A DNA stretch of 64,000 nucleotides from Candidatus Moanibacter sp. (lineage in GTDB: Bacteria > Verrucomicrobiota > Verrucomicrobiia > Opitutales > UBA2987): contig CBDCEW010000088.1 in the NCBI GenBank assembly GCA_965215885.1, positions 35,853 to 99,852 of the forward strand, given 5' to 3'. A model generated the notes under the pieces. That model saw only the letters and a list, made by a program, of their open reading frames with translations, ran no database searches and was not told the origin of the DNA. The number at the start of each line of letters is the position of its first letter. The first letter of the stretch is position 1. This document shows, piece by piece, positions 11,296 to 21,765 of this stretch. A program made the position numbers and the translations under genes.

Positions 11296-11874
11296 ATGAA
11301 AGGAAATGGTGCAAGTAGGTCGATAGAACACATCCTTATTAAAAAGCTAGACGATGCAGTCGAGGCGGAAGATACCGCGACTATCTGTGCAAATGTAAAA
11401 CGGGTGCTCGTCGATGTAATGAATTGCAAGGAGCAGATTTTGTCGGAGGGATTTTTAATTCCAAATCCTGAATGTTATGCGCGGCGGCTTCTCCATAAGG
11501 ATCCCGAAGGCAGGTATTCGGCCGTTGTCATGGTTTGGGACAAAAGCCAGGGCACGCCCCTTCACGATCACGCTGGCCGTTGGTGCGTGGAAGGCGTGTA
11601 TCGTGGGAGAATCCGGGTGCGATCCTACAATTACGATGGGAAGGGAAAGGAAGGAATCCACCGCTTTACTCAAGAGACGGAAGTCACTACAGGAATTGGA
11701 GAAGCTGGCGCGCTCATACCTCCATTCGAATATCACTCCATCGAGAATCCGGATGAGCGACCGGCGATTACGATTCACGTCTATCGGGGGGAGTTATTCA
11801 GCTGCAATGCTTTTTACCCTCTTGAAGGAGGAGGCTACCGCCGAGTGAGTAAATCGATGACTTATACGGAGTGA
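11296..11874 (+). CDS. Cysteine dioxygenase type I family (cupin)
   Basis: YARRLL, TPLHDH, YHSIEN and TIHVY motifs; AGGAGG RBS. Confidence 0.85.
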   Translation: MKGNGASRSIEHILIKKLDDAVEAEDTATICANVKRVLVDVMNCKEQILSEGFLIPNPECYARRLLHKDPEGRYSAVVMVWDKSQGTPLHDHAGRWCVEGVYRGRIRVRSYNYDGKGKEGIHRFTQETEVTTGIGEAGALIPPFEYHSIENPDERPAITIHVYRGELFSCNAFYPLEGGGYRRVSKSMTYTE

Positions 11875-11922
11875 AGGAAAGTCCTCCTACGCTCAAGCTT
11901 CCCACTTCGCTCCCGCTGAGCG

Positions 11923-13382
11923 CATTTGCGTTAACCTAAGGAGAAGAAACAAGAGAGGAAATCAAGTCGAGAACGCTTTTCATAGGTGCAGTGTTTGGGG
12001 ATTTGTTTGAGCCATCGGGGATGATCTGATCTTTGGGAATGTGAGAGAGGATGAAGAAGTAGGGAGCAAAGAAGAGTAGGAGAATTTAAGGATACTCAGA
12101 GGAGAGGACAAACTGGTATTCGTGTCTAAGGGGACCATAGACGAAGTTGAGTAAGTGGGTAATGAGGATGAGACGGGCGTAGATAAGAAGCTCAACCTGG
12201 TAGGGAGTAGTCTCTTTGACCTGACCGAGATTAAGATGTTGCTTAAAGGCCTTAAAGATTTCGATGCGCCAGCGAAGCCCGTAAAAGCTCAGAATCTGCG
12301 ATGATGGAGGTTTGTAATAAAGATTAGCTGGTGCGCTGGTATATCGAAGTCTATTGTGGGATGCTCGCGGCGGCGTTTATGGGCCACCTTCTGAGGGAGT
12401 TTGACGGCGATCAGACGAACCGGAAGCTTGGCTTTTTTACCCACCCGAACGGGCATATCGAGAAGCTTTTGGCCACGTAAAAGTTTGCGTAGATCGAGCT
12501 CTTCATCGCCTTCGTTGGCTAAAAGGCAAGTGCCGGTTTTCAAACGACTCACAAAGAAGCAGCCGCGCTGATCGAGTTGCTTAAAGACATCGAGGACAAA
12601 ATAGCCTAAGTCGCGCAGGATCAAGTCGTTGGGTTGGGCGAGAGCGAGAATGTCTTTGGAAGCATGATCGTTTTTTCGGAAGCTACTGAGGCTGAATCAA
12701 CGAAGGATTCATTCAGATCGTAATAGGCCTGAATCTTCAGTTGATGGAGCCTGTCTGATTGGACGCTCCGGGGAAGAAGGGGGCCAGGACCTTAGGGCCA
12801 ATCGATGTCGGCAATGAGAATCAAAGCTCCTCATCATTTGGAACAGTCTGCCCACAGGCCCATAAGCTTTAAGTTCTAAAAGCCTCAGGAGCACTAAGGA
12901 GCACTTTTGGACCGCTTGTCATGGTGCGGTTGGCTAAGAATCCAATAAGCTCGGCTTCTTTGCCAAGGGACAAGGCCCCCTTAGAAGCCATCGCCAGCAA
13001 AGCCAAAACAAAGTTCAGAGGGGAGATCTTGCGCGATTTCCTCTCTCTAAAACCACTCTGTTTAGCGAGGGCTGTGAGGTTCAACTTACGGAAGGTTTGA
13101 CGGATACAATCAGCTTTTTTTATACTTTGCATCCGAAGGATAAATCCTATATATGAACGAATGTACAGTATAAAATGCTGCCAAAGTGAAAAAAAATGGG
13201 GTAGACGGAGTAGAGAAGATAACCCGGCCAAAAGTCGCTCAACTGCGAATTTCCTCACCGCTGTGGTCAAGCGAACAAATGGAGTGGAACCTCGAGGATA
13301 GAGACACCCTCATACTCCGCCGCAAAATACCTCGCAAGTCTTTGAATCTGACTAAGTTGCGAAAATAAGGTTTACGCGTATG
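11923..13382 (-). mobile_element. IS4-family element, internally eroded copy of 37522-39127 (transposase broken)
   Basis: Same ends CATTTGCGTTAACCT / AGGTTTACGCGTATG, 9-bp TSD CGCTGAGCG (11914-11922, 13383-13391); 146 bp shorter through many microdeletions. Confidence 0.92.
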
Positions 13383-13574
13383 CGCTGAGCGGGACTTCGA
13401 GGGACGAGTCGGAGGATGCAAGAGAGTGGGGTGGACGGTATCGTTCTCGACGATCGACTACGATTACGACGACCAGTTGCGATTGGATATTATTCGCAAA
13501 TTTTGGGAGGGCGCTTTGTGTTTATATTGTGCAAAAGGTTGCTTTCGGGAATGAGGATATTCATTTTGTGATAT

Positions 13575-14021
13575 ATGAAGAATAGAATCGATCGGTTTTC
13601 AATCCTTCTGGTGATGGGTATAGTCATGGTTGGCTGTGCCAAACGAGCACAGGAAGAGGGTGAACAGGCCCGCGTCTTTTTTGTCGAACCCGTGGAGGGA
13701 GCCGAAGTGACGGCCCCCTTCAAGGTGGTGATGGGAGTGGAAGGTATGGATGTGCGTCCTATTGCAGACGGAGTTATTGAAGGAACCGGGCATCATCATG
13801 TTCTGATAAATCTGGGGCCTCGATACGGCCCGGGTATTGTGATCCCGAACGATGAAATTAACCGGCACTATGGGGGAGGGCAGACAGAAGGGGAATTGGA
13901 CCTGGAGCCCGGAGACTACCGGCTCACTCTGCAGTTCGCGGATGGAAAACACCGTTCCTATGGAATGGAACTGTCGCATACGATAAACATAACGGTGGTG
14001 GAAGGTGAAGGTGGGGAGTAA
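13575..14021 (+). CDS. DUF4399-domain lipoprotein
   Basis: Lipobox MVGC, GTGHHHVLI, HYGGGQTE, LTLQFADGKH. Confidence 0.85.
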   Translation: MKNRIDRFSILLVMGIVMVGCAKRAQEEGEQARVFFVEPVEGAEVTAPFKVVMGVEGMDVRPIADGVIEGTGHHHVLINLGPRYGPGIVIPNDEINRHYGGGQTEGELDLEPGDYRLTLQFADGKHRSYGMELSHTINITVVEGEGGE

Positions 14022-14024
14022 TGT

Positions 14025-15419
14025 GTGCCTCCGTGCTTCTCGTTGGTCCTCTTTGGCCCCTCTTTTGTCCTTCTGCCATCCAATTTGATTTCGGCGGTAG
14101 GCTGCAGTAGGAAATTTCAAAATAATCAGGGAGTGCCGGCACCCCTTCGACAGAGCATCCCAATATTTCTCGCGTTAGCTGGGTGCACTTCCGTTCTCGA
14201 GGGACAGTTGACAGCCTTGGGAGAAGCGCCTGATTGGGACAAGCTGGAAAGGTATCAGGAGACGATTACTCGAGATGAGTTCGTGAGACTCCTGGAAGAG
14301 GTTTACAGCCCTGACGGAGGGTATCGAGAGACCGTAGAAATTACTGCCGACGAGGCGCTGATTAAGAAGGGGGAAGAACGCGGAATTTCGCGGTATCGAC
14401 TACGCTTTTCGGGAGGGGATAAGAAAGTCAACAGAAAGGATCGTTTCTGGCGAATTCGATCGGAGATTCCGACACACAGGGATAAAATCTTGAATGGGTT
14501 GCGAGTAGCTTTGGATCCGGGGCATATCGGGGGTCGCTATGCCAGAATGGAGGAGCGCTGGTTCAGGGTTTTGGATCAGAGGCCTGTAATGGAGGGTGAT
14601 CTGAATCTGAGAGTGGCTCGATTGCTACGGGAGCGGTTGAGGGAACGAGGCGCCGCGGTTTGGCTGTTGCGGGAAGGTAGCGAGCCAGTTACCCAGGAGA
14701 CTCCCGAAAGTCTGCGTACGGTTGCGGTGGAGGAGCTATCCCACGGGAGATTGAAAGGTGATGAGACGGATGGATATGGGATTAGCGGCTTCGGCGAGAA
14801 TATTGCCGCCAAAGAAACTGAGTTAAGAAAGCTGAGTGAGTTGCTATTCTATCGAATGAGCGAAATAAGAGCACGGGCGAGGCTTATAAATGAGATTATC
14901 AGACCAGATCTAGTAGTTGCAATCCACTTCAATGCGGCGCCCTGGCGGGACGCGGAGAAGCGCACACTGGTAACGGAAAATCACATGCATGTTCTCATCA
15001 ACGGCGCTTACAGCAGTGAAGAACTCGCTTACGACGATACAAGATTTAAAATGGTCCAAAAACTACTGTCGAACGTGGTGGAGGAGGAGTTGCCTCTTGC
15101 TTCCACAGTGGCAAAGTCGATGGCGAGGGCGACAGGTTTGCCGCCCTTTCACTACGAAGGAAAGAACGCTGCCGCGATTAAAGGAGAACCATATGTGTGG
15201 GCGCGAAACTTGATTGCCAATCGGCTCTATCAATGTCCCGTTATTTATCTCGAACCTTACGTCGTGAACAGCAGGATTGTTCACTCCCGAGTCCAGGCGG
15301 GAGATTTTAACGGAGAGAGAGAGATCGAGGGTGAGCGCTACCCGAGTATCTTCCAGGAATATGCGGATGGAGTGGTGAAGGGGTTGGAATTGTACTATGG
15401 AGCCATCGGGCCACACTGA
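14025..15419 (+). CDS. N-acetylmuramoyl-L-alanine amidase (Amidase_3)-like protein
   Basis: LDPGHIGG, MEGDLNL, AIHFNA and IYLEPY Zn-amidase motifs; true start probably further downstream. Confidence 0.75.
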   Translation: MPPCFSLVLFGPSFVLLPSNLISAVGCSRKFQNNQGVPAPLRQSIPIFLALAGCTSVLEGQLTALGEAPDWDKLERYQETITRDEFVRLLEEVYSPDGGYRETVEITADEALIKKGEERGISRYRLRFSGGDKKVNRKDRFWRIRSEIPTHRDKILNGLRVALDPGHIGGRYARMEERWFRVLDQRPVMEGDLNLRVARLLRERLRERGAAVWLLREGSEPVTQETPESLRTVAVEELSHGRLKGDETDGYGISGFGENIAAKETELRKLSELLFYRMSEIRARARLINEIIRPDLVVAIHFNAAPWRDAEKRTLVTENHMHVLINGAYSSEELAYDDTRFKMVQKLLSNVVEEELPLASTVAKSMARATGLPPFHYEGKNAAAIKGEPYVWARNLIANRLYQCPVIYLEPYVVNSRIVHSRVQAGDFNGEREIEGERYPSIFQEYADGVVKGLELYYGAIGPH

Positions 15420-15546
15420 GAGAAGAGAATTGAACAAAAGGAAATCCCTTCGACGCGGCTCCCGCCTTCGTCCAGCCGAGCAGGACTTCGACGCGGCTCA
15501 GGGCAGGAAAGTGAAACGAAGAGGAGATTTCGAATCCTCCCGGTCC

Positions 15547-15562
15547 TCCCGGCAAGCCGGGA
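15547..15562. repeat. REP-like palindrome TCCCGGC(AA/AT/TT/AG)GCCGGGA, first of 7 copies
   Basis: Also at 15622-15637, 19241-19256, 25778-25790 (partial), 35774-35797, 56044-56059 and 61902-61925; intergenic or touching gene ends. Confidence 0.85.
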
Positions 15563-15744
15563 CCGGGAGGACCGGGAAACATCCTTCAAAGGGAGATCGA
15601 TGGAGTTTCCTTCTGCATTCGTCCCGGCATGCCGGGATGCATCTGCGCTTCTCATCTTCTTTTTTAGTTGCGGCCTGGCTGCGCTAGGAAATCCGTGGTT
15701 AATTCGATTTCCGCTGCCCACTTCTTTAACGCCTACCACGGGAC

Positions 15745-15828
15745 CTAGCCCGAACATTTCACAAACCTTCTGCTACGATCCCGGCGCGTCTGGATCTCGC
15801 TACGAAGTGTGTGAAATGTCCGGGCTCG
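15745..15828. mobile_element. MITE family A, short copy
   Basis: CTAGCCCGAACATTTCACAAACCTTC ... GAAGTGTGTGAAATGTCCGGGCT; same ends as 18722-18905. Confidence 0.75.
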
Positions 15829-15877
15829 CGATGACCGAAATTTTCGATGGCCTTCGGGTGGGATTTCGGTTTTTGTA

Positions 15878-16834
15878 GTGTTTTTCAGCGCCATGTTAAT
15901 CGTTAGGCGAAATTTGATAGTTGTGCTATGCCTGGCAGTTGGTTGCCAATCGGCATTTGCTCTTTCGACAATTGAGCTTGCCAATGGAAGTCGGTTGAGG
16001 GTGGAGGTGCTCTCAGAGAAACCGGATCGCATCTTTATAGATTTGGGTTTTTCGATACTGGCAATCCCGCGCGAGACAATACTTCGGATTTACAACGAAA
16101 AGACGGTTAAAGAGGGAGAGCAGTTCGGAGAGGATCTCTACCGGGAAAACGAAGATAGCGCGGAGCTTTCATTGAGAGAATTAGCTGAAAGAAATAGCGA
16201 ATCCGTAGTGCTGATACGCACCGCGATTGGGCAGGGTTCCGGATTCGTCATACATCCGGAGGGCTATGTAGTAACGAACAATCACGTAATTGCAGGAGAG
16301 CATGAGATTTCGATTACTCTTTTTGACGAGGGAGGGAAAGAGATGAAGAGAGTGCAATTCAATAACGTGAGAATTGTTGCTACGGTTTCGGAGTTGGACC
16401 TCGCTCTTGTAAAGATCGAAGATACAGGTAGTCACGTATTCAAGACGGTTGCTCTGGGAGAGTCCGATGATCTTCGGCAGGGACAAACGGTATTTGCGAT
16501 TGGAAATCCACTGGGGCTTGATCGGAGTGTTTCGGAAGGCATCGTGAGTTTGAAAAACAGGCTCATTGGCGGAAGACTCTTTGTGCAGACGACGGCTGAG
16601 ATCAATCGGGGTAATTCGGGTGGTCCGCTCTTCAATATGAGAGGTGAAGTAATCGGCGTAAATAACATGAAAGTGGTGGCGCAGGGAGCGGAAGGCCTCG
16701 GATTTGCAATACCTTCGAGCGTCCTGAAGATGTTTCTAAGCAATCGAGACACATACTCTTTTGATCCGAGGAATCCCAATTCCGGATATCGCTATAATCG
16801 GCCGCCGCGCCAGTCTAGCGTTTCGGAAAATTGA
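15878..16834 (+). CDS. Trypsin-like S1C serine protease (HtrA-like, no PDZ)
   Basis: GSGFVI, TNNHV, DLALVK and INRGNSGGPL catalytic triad motifs. Confidence 0.92.
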   Translation: MFFSAMLIVRRNLIVVLCLAVGCQSAFALSTIELANGSRLRVEVLSEKPDRIFIDLGFSILAIPRETILRIYNEKTVKEGEQFGEDLYRENEDSAELSLRELAERNSESVVLIRTAIGQGSGFVIHPEGYVVTNNHVIAGEHEISITLFDEGGKEMKRVQFNNVRIVATVSELDLALVKIEDTGSHVFKTVALGESDDLRQGQTVFAIGNPLGLDRSVSEGIVSLKNRLIGGRLFVQTTAEINRGNSGGPLFNMRGEVIGVNNMKVVAQGAEGLGFAIPSSVLKMFLSNRDTYSFDPRNPNSGYRYNRPPRQSSVSEN

Positions 16835-16862
16835 CCCCATCATTTCTCGAATTTTTGAAACA

Positions 16863-18674
16863 ATGGGGTTGAAGCACCGAGAATTGCTTGGATATCTGCT
16901 GGTTTGCGCTCTGTATACTTTCCCGTCCGCAGTGAAGGGAGGTACAGGTGAGACGGTTAACCTGGAAGAAGCGTTGCCGGATACTATTCTCGGGTACGTA
17001 AGAATACGCAGCATATCGCGCTTGGCAGAGGAATACCGGGAAAATCCGATTTTATCTCTCTGGCGAGATGATGAGGTCGTGGCTTTCTTCAAACCACTTC
17101 GTGACAGATACGGCGGCGAGGAGATATTTGACGAGCTTTTTGAAGAACTGGGTGTCAACAAGGAGGAATTTATTGAGCTCTTCCCGGGGCAGTGTGTTAT
17201 GTCTTTACCCGACATTACATTTGGAGAGAAGGAACACGGTGACGACGGTGAATTTTCGAGTATGCTTTACCTGATCGATTACTCCGGTGATTTCGATACA
17301 TTGAAAGCAATGATGGAGTCCTCGGCTCGTTACGATAGTAATAGTGAGGGGACAGAACATCGGCTGATCGAAGATGACTATCTGGAGGCGCCTCTCTTCC
17401 TCGAGGAAGTCGTGGACGGAGAGAGGGTATTCCTGGCTGGAGGATACGCATTGGTTGGGAAAGTGCTCGTGATCGCGTCTCCAATTTCGTTGCTGAAAGA
17501 AACAGTAGCGCGTCTGCGAAAGGATGGAAGTTTGGCTTCTCTGGCTGAAGAATCGGGATACAGAAAAGTACGGGACTGGATCGGGGAGGGCGATGTGGAG
17601 ATATTCTTAAACTTGAAGCCGATAGTAGGCAAACTGGAGGCCTATATTTCGAAGTTATCCGCCACGACTTCACTGAGCGCACTGGGCATTACCCCAAATA
17701 ACCTGGTTGAAGCCCTCTCAGTCGATGTCCTGGAATCCATTTACATGTCGGTCGGATTCGGCGACGATTTCACGGCCTTTGATTCGGGGATTTTCTTCAG
17801 GGAGAAGCGGGGGCTGGTTTCACTTTTGACCTATGAAAACGGTGATATTCCTCAACCCGAGTTTGTTCCGCCTGACGTGCTGACTGTCTCCGCTACCCGG
17901 TTCAGCTTGAGAGAGTTCTGGAAAAAGTTCGAGGAATTGCTAATTGGAGTCAGTCCCCTTGTTGGTGGAATTTATGCCGTTACGTGGGATCAGTTGAATG
18001 CATCGATGGGATTGGATTTTCGAGCCAATCTAATCGAAAATCTAGGCGATGAGTTTATTGTGTATAGCGGCTTTGGACAAGGAGAGGCAGGTTCCGGTCA
18101 GGAAGGGTTGGAAGATCTGAGCCAGGTCTACGTCATTTCGATCAAAGATCGGCAGGGGTTTGAATTGGGGATAGATGGCATTAAGAGGATCTTCGCAGGA
18201 GAAGGAGAGATTTTCGAGGAGCGTGAATACTTGGGGAACACAATATTTGTATTGAGGTCGGAGTATCGATACCCGGCTTACCAGACGCTGGGAATTCAAT
18301 CGCTAGCGTATGCCTTGACGGATAGCTACCTGTTTCTTTGTCTCGGTTCGACGACCCTTTTGGAGGCTGCATTAGCGCGCCTTTCCAATGGGAAAGATTC
18401 GATTTGGGAAAGTGAACCCATTCGATCTGCGCTAGGGCGAATTCCGGAAGGGGGCGTGGAGATCGATTACTACAATCTCGGAGCCCTTCTGAGAACCTTG
18501 TTCATTGCGCTTGTCCCGATTGAGGAGACTTTAGGTGTGGGCCGGGATGAACTCGTTTTCTGCAATCCCGCGGCACTCCCGAAGGAGGTGGATTTCCCAT
18601 ATTTTCTGATCGGGAAGATCTATTCTGAATCAGACCGGCTATACGGAAAATCGCTGCTCTTGAGGAAGGAATAG
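16863..18674 (+). CDS. Secreted hypothetical protein (DUF3352-like)
   Basis: ~600-aa ORF with signal peptide; family assignment is a weak resemblance. Confidence 0.6.
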   Translation: MGLKHRELLGYLLVCALYTFPSAVKGGTGETVNLEEALPDTILGYVRIRSISRLAEEYRENPILSLWRDDEVVAFFKPLRDRYGGEEIFDELFEELGVNKEEFIELFPGQCVMSLPDITFGEKEHGDDGEFSSMLYLIDYSGDFDTLKAMMESSARYDSNSEGTEHRLIEDDYLEAPLFLEEVVDGERVFLAGGYALVGKVLVIASPISLLKETVARLRKDGSLASLAEESGYRKVRDWIGEGDVEIFLNLKPIVGKLEAYISKLSATTSLSALGITPNNLVEALSVDVLESIYMSVGFGDDFTAFDSGIFFREKRGLVSLLTYENGDIPQPEFVPPDVLTVSATRFSLREFWKKFEELLIGVSPLVGGIYAVTWDQLNASMGLDFRANLIENLGDEFIVYSGFGQGEAGSGQEGLEDLSQVYVISIKDRQGFELGIDGIKRIFAGEGEIFEEREYLGNTIFVLRSEYRYPAYQTLGIQSLAYALTDSYLFLCLGSTTLLEAALARLSNGKDSIWESEPIRSALGRIPEGGVEIDYYNLGALLRTLFIALVPIEETLGVGRDELVFCNPAALPKEVDFPYFLIGKIYSESDRLYGKSLLLRKE

Positions 18675-18721
18675 GCTCTTACCTGGGGAAAAGAGAATTG
18701 AACAGAAGAACACAAAGTATT

Positions 18722-18905
18722 CTAGCCCGAACATTTCACAAACCTTCAACTACGACCGCGTATGTCACTACGTCTCAAAGCCTTCCCTTGCCCGGCGCGA
18801 CCTCACAGGGTCCCAACACGCTGTCGCCCGCCGGCCTGCAGAAAGGCCTTGATACGCAGCAACCTACGCCGTCTCGCAACGAAGTGTGTGAAATGTCCAG
18901 GCTAG
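18722..18905. mobile_element. MITE family A, long copy, CTAG-bounded
   Basis: ~25-bp imperfect TIR with CTAG at both ends. Confidence 0.8.
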
Positions 18906-19005
18906 CGCAGTAGAGCTGCAACCAAAAAAGAAAAAGAGAACCGCAAATGGACGCAAATGAACGCGAATAAAGAGGAAGGCACCACGGATTCGAGAAAACC
19001 GAAGA
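18905..19005 (+). repeat. Dispersed intergenic repeat with 10-bp periodic (G/A)ACGC(G/A)AATG units
   Basis: GCAACCAA..GAGAACCG..GACGCGAATG..CCACGGATTCGAGAA also at ~25090-25190, ~37352-37465 and partly inverted at ~15650-15700. Confidence 0.75.
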
Positions 19006-19437
19006 TTTGATGAAGAGGGATTCCCAACGGTTCGACAGGCTCGCCCCGAACTCATAAACAGTGAGGAGATTCTTGATCGAATCGAGAAGGTAACTCGGAA
19101 TACCCTGGTAACCTTGTCCCGAACCTTGTCGACACCACAACATTGAATACCAACATGTTACACTCCAAAACGTGTTCAAAAAACTAAGTTATGACGGATA
19201 GTAATACAGAGAGAAAGAGGAAAGAGTTCTCACGCAAAGCTCCCGGCAAGCCGGGACAAAGGGGGAGAGGAAAAATCTGGCGTAGGGCAGACTCTACGAG
19301 ATTGAGAGTTGAATAAGGAAAGCAGGAATGCAGGAAATTCAAAGTATTGTGGTCGAAGCGCCCCACCTGAACTTCAACCATTCAATTCTCCCGGCGCGCC
19401 GGGACCAGGAAACACTGAAACCTCACACCCGAAACCT

Positions 19438-21765
19438 ATGACTTCGTATCTACTTTTAATCCGGACTGGACACCGCGGTGTTCTCGAATCCGTGGGCCTA
19501 CTGCTCCTTCTCTTTTGCGGGGTCGGAATGGAGGCTCGACCCATTCACCTATCGGGACCTGAAGTAGCCAAAATCGACTGGAACACGCGATCTCTCGTGA
19601 CGGGAGATCTCAATAATGACGGACTGCAGGATTTGGCGCTAATTAATAATGACCGAGCGAAAATAGAGATACTCTATCAGCAGGATCCGAAGAATCCACA
19701 GAAGACAGCGTCTCGAAGGGTACGGAAAAACCGTTGGGAACCGATTCTTGAAGACTCCCGGTTTCGGCGAGAGAGCATTATCAATGGCAGTTATCTCTAT
19801 GCACTGGCGCTGGGAGATCTGAACGGTGACGAAACGGTCGATCTGATTTACACCGGTAGCCATGATCCCCTTACAGTACGCTATCAGGACAAAGATTCGT
19901 TTTGGAATGAGACATGGACCTACGGTGAGCTGGAACCGCTACAGTGGACTTCGACATTGCGGGTTTGGGACGTTAATCTCGATCAACGTAAGGACTTGCT
20001 GGTTCTAGCGAAGGAAAAAATCCTGGTATTTTACCAGACCGCGTCCGGCGAATTGTCCGAACCGGAAACGATCAGAATAGCCGAGGAGAAGAGTATTGGC
20101 CTTAACGTCTCCGACATAAACGGTGATCAATTGCCTGATATTTTTTATATCGTGGCAAACGATCGGAGGGCACTGCGGCTTCGCTTTCAACTGATGGGAG
20201 GAGGGTTCGGACCGGAACTGGCACTCCCGTTGGCGACGGCGACAGGGAATCTGCAGTTCTGGGAATTGGACAGTAACGGGGGGAGGGTATTCGCGCACAT
20301 CCAGGCCAGAAGCCACCTGATGGAGATATTCTCAATCGAGGAAGTTGAGGGGGGTGCACGGGAGACGTTTCAACCCCGGAGTTATATGATCGGGACCACT
20401 TCACGTTCTCCCGCGATCTATGCGATGGGAGATTTCAACAATAACGATCGCCAGGATCTCGCAGTGGCTGATCCCAAAGGTGCGCGGGTTATTCTCTATT
20501 TGCAGGAGCCGGAAGGGACCTTTGCCGAACCGATATCGTTTCCCTCGTTTTCAAGTATTTCAGGGCTAGCCTCGGGAGATTTTGACGGTAGTGGGCGGGA
20601 ATCAATCGTCGTTGTAAGTGAGAGAGAGGGGATAGTCGGTGTTTCCCAATTATCGCAGTCCGGCAGGTTCAGTTTTCCGGATCTCCTGGAATTGAAGGGT
20701 GAACCGGTTTGCGCAACGGCAGGCGATCTCGATGGGGATCAGGTGTTCGAGATCCTTGTCGTGGAGAAAATTGAAAGGGACTATGAGCTATCCGTTTACA
20801 CTGCTTTACGAGGGAAATCCTACAGTCGCGGGAGCAGTCATTCGCTCAGCGAAACTCGGCGAAATCCGAACGCTCTGAAGCTTTTCGACCTGAATGGTGA
20901 CAGCCGCCTCGATGTCATAGTGCTTGTCCCACGTGAGGCCTCTCAATTCCTCGTTCAGGAGAAAGGGGGAGAGTTTTCGGAAGTGGCCGTAAATTCAGCC
21001 ATCCGAAAAGGCCTCCTTACGGATCTGCGGCTGGCGGACTTGGGTAGGGGAGACCTCGATGGAGATGGAGTCGATGAGCTAATCATCGCTACGGAAGGAT
21101 TTGCCCGATCAGTACGGTTGAATGGGGAGGGCAATCTAGAGATAATCGATCAATATAACGCCCGCCAAAGTGACGACCGAATCAGAGGTCCTATCGTCCA
21201 CGACCTAGACCGTGATGGGGAGAGCGACCTGCTCTTTTATCATCAACCGGATCAGTCGATCCAGCTGCTGAAGAGAGATGCAAGTGGAGTTTACCGTTAC
21301 GACAGCTCATTTGAAGTTGGGGATATTGAGCTCGTATCGAACGAACTGGTAGAATTGGGAAAGGAAAACGAAACTCACCTTATGTTCCTTGGCAAGGATC
21401 GATTTTGGGTCGTACCCCTGAATGGCCCGCGTTGGCAGGTTGAAATGATCTTCACCTATGAGACGGAGCTTAAGGAGATCAAATATACCAGCCTGGAAAT
21501 AGGGGATTTGAATGCCGATGGAATTAAAGAGGTGATGGCTATTGATGCGAAGAGCCACATCCTGGAGATTCTCAGGGAGGTTCCTGAAGAGGGATGGACG
21601 AGTGCCTTGCATTTTACGATATTTGATGAGGATTTGCACTTTAAGGGCCGCCGCGGCGCGGCGTTGGAACCGCGGGAAACGGTGGTAGCGGATCTAACCG
21701 GCGATGGAAAAGAGGATTTCGCCTTCCTGATTCACGATCGGGTGCTGCTGTATTACCAAGACTAG
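19438..21765 (+). CDS. FG-GAP/VCBS repeat protein
   Basis: Many GDLNxDGxxD repeats; signal peptide. Confidence 0.9.
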   Translation: MTSYLLLIRTGHRGVLESVGLLLLLFCGVGMEARPIHLSGPEVAKIDWNTRSLVTGDLNNDGLQDLALINNDRAKIEILYQQDPKNPQKTASRRVRKNRWEPILEDSRFRRESIINGSYLYALALGDLNGDETVDLIYTGSHDPLTVRYQDKDSFWNETWTYGELEPLQWTSTLRVWDVNLDQRKDLLVLAKEKILVFYQTASGELSEPETIRIAEEKSIGLNVSDINGDQLPDIFYIVANDRRALRLRFQLMGGGFGPELALPLATATGNLQFWELDSNGGRVFAHIQARSHLMEIFSIEEVEGGARETFQPRSYMIGTTSRSPAIYAMGDFNNNDRQDLAVADPKGARVILYLQEPEGTFAEPISFPSFSSISGLASGDFDGSGRESIVVVSEREGIVGVSQLSQSGRFSFPDLLELKGEPVCATAGDLDGDQVFEILVVEKIERDYELSVYTALRGKSYSRGSSHSLSETRRNPNALKLFDLNGDSRLDVIVLVPREASQFLVQEKGGEFSEVAVNSAIRKGLLTDLRLADLGRGDLDGDGVDELIIATEGFARSVRLNGEGNLEIIDQYNARQSDDRIRGPIVHDLDRDGESDLLFYHQPDQSIQLLKRDASGVYRYDSSFEVGDIELVSNELVELGKENETHLMFLGKDRFWVVPLNGPRWQVEMIFTYETELKEIKYTSLEIGDLNADGIKEVMAIDAKSHILEILREVPEEGWTSALHFTIFDEDLHFKGRRGAALEPRETVVADLTGDGKEDFAFLIHDRVLLYYQD

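Noticed and set aside
11911..11922. TCCCGCTGAGCG as part of the IS4 terminal inverted repeat
   Set aside because: Better explained as a palindromic target with a 9-bp TSD; the same motif occurs without the IS at 25429.
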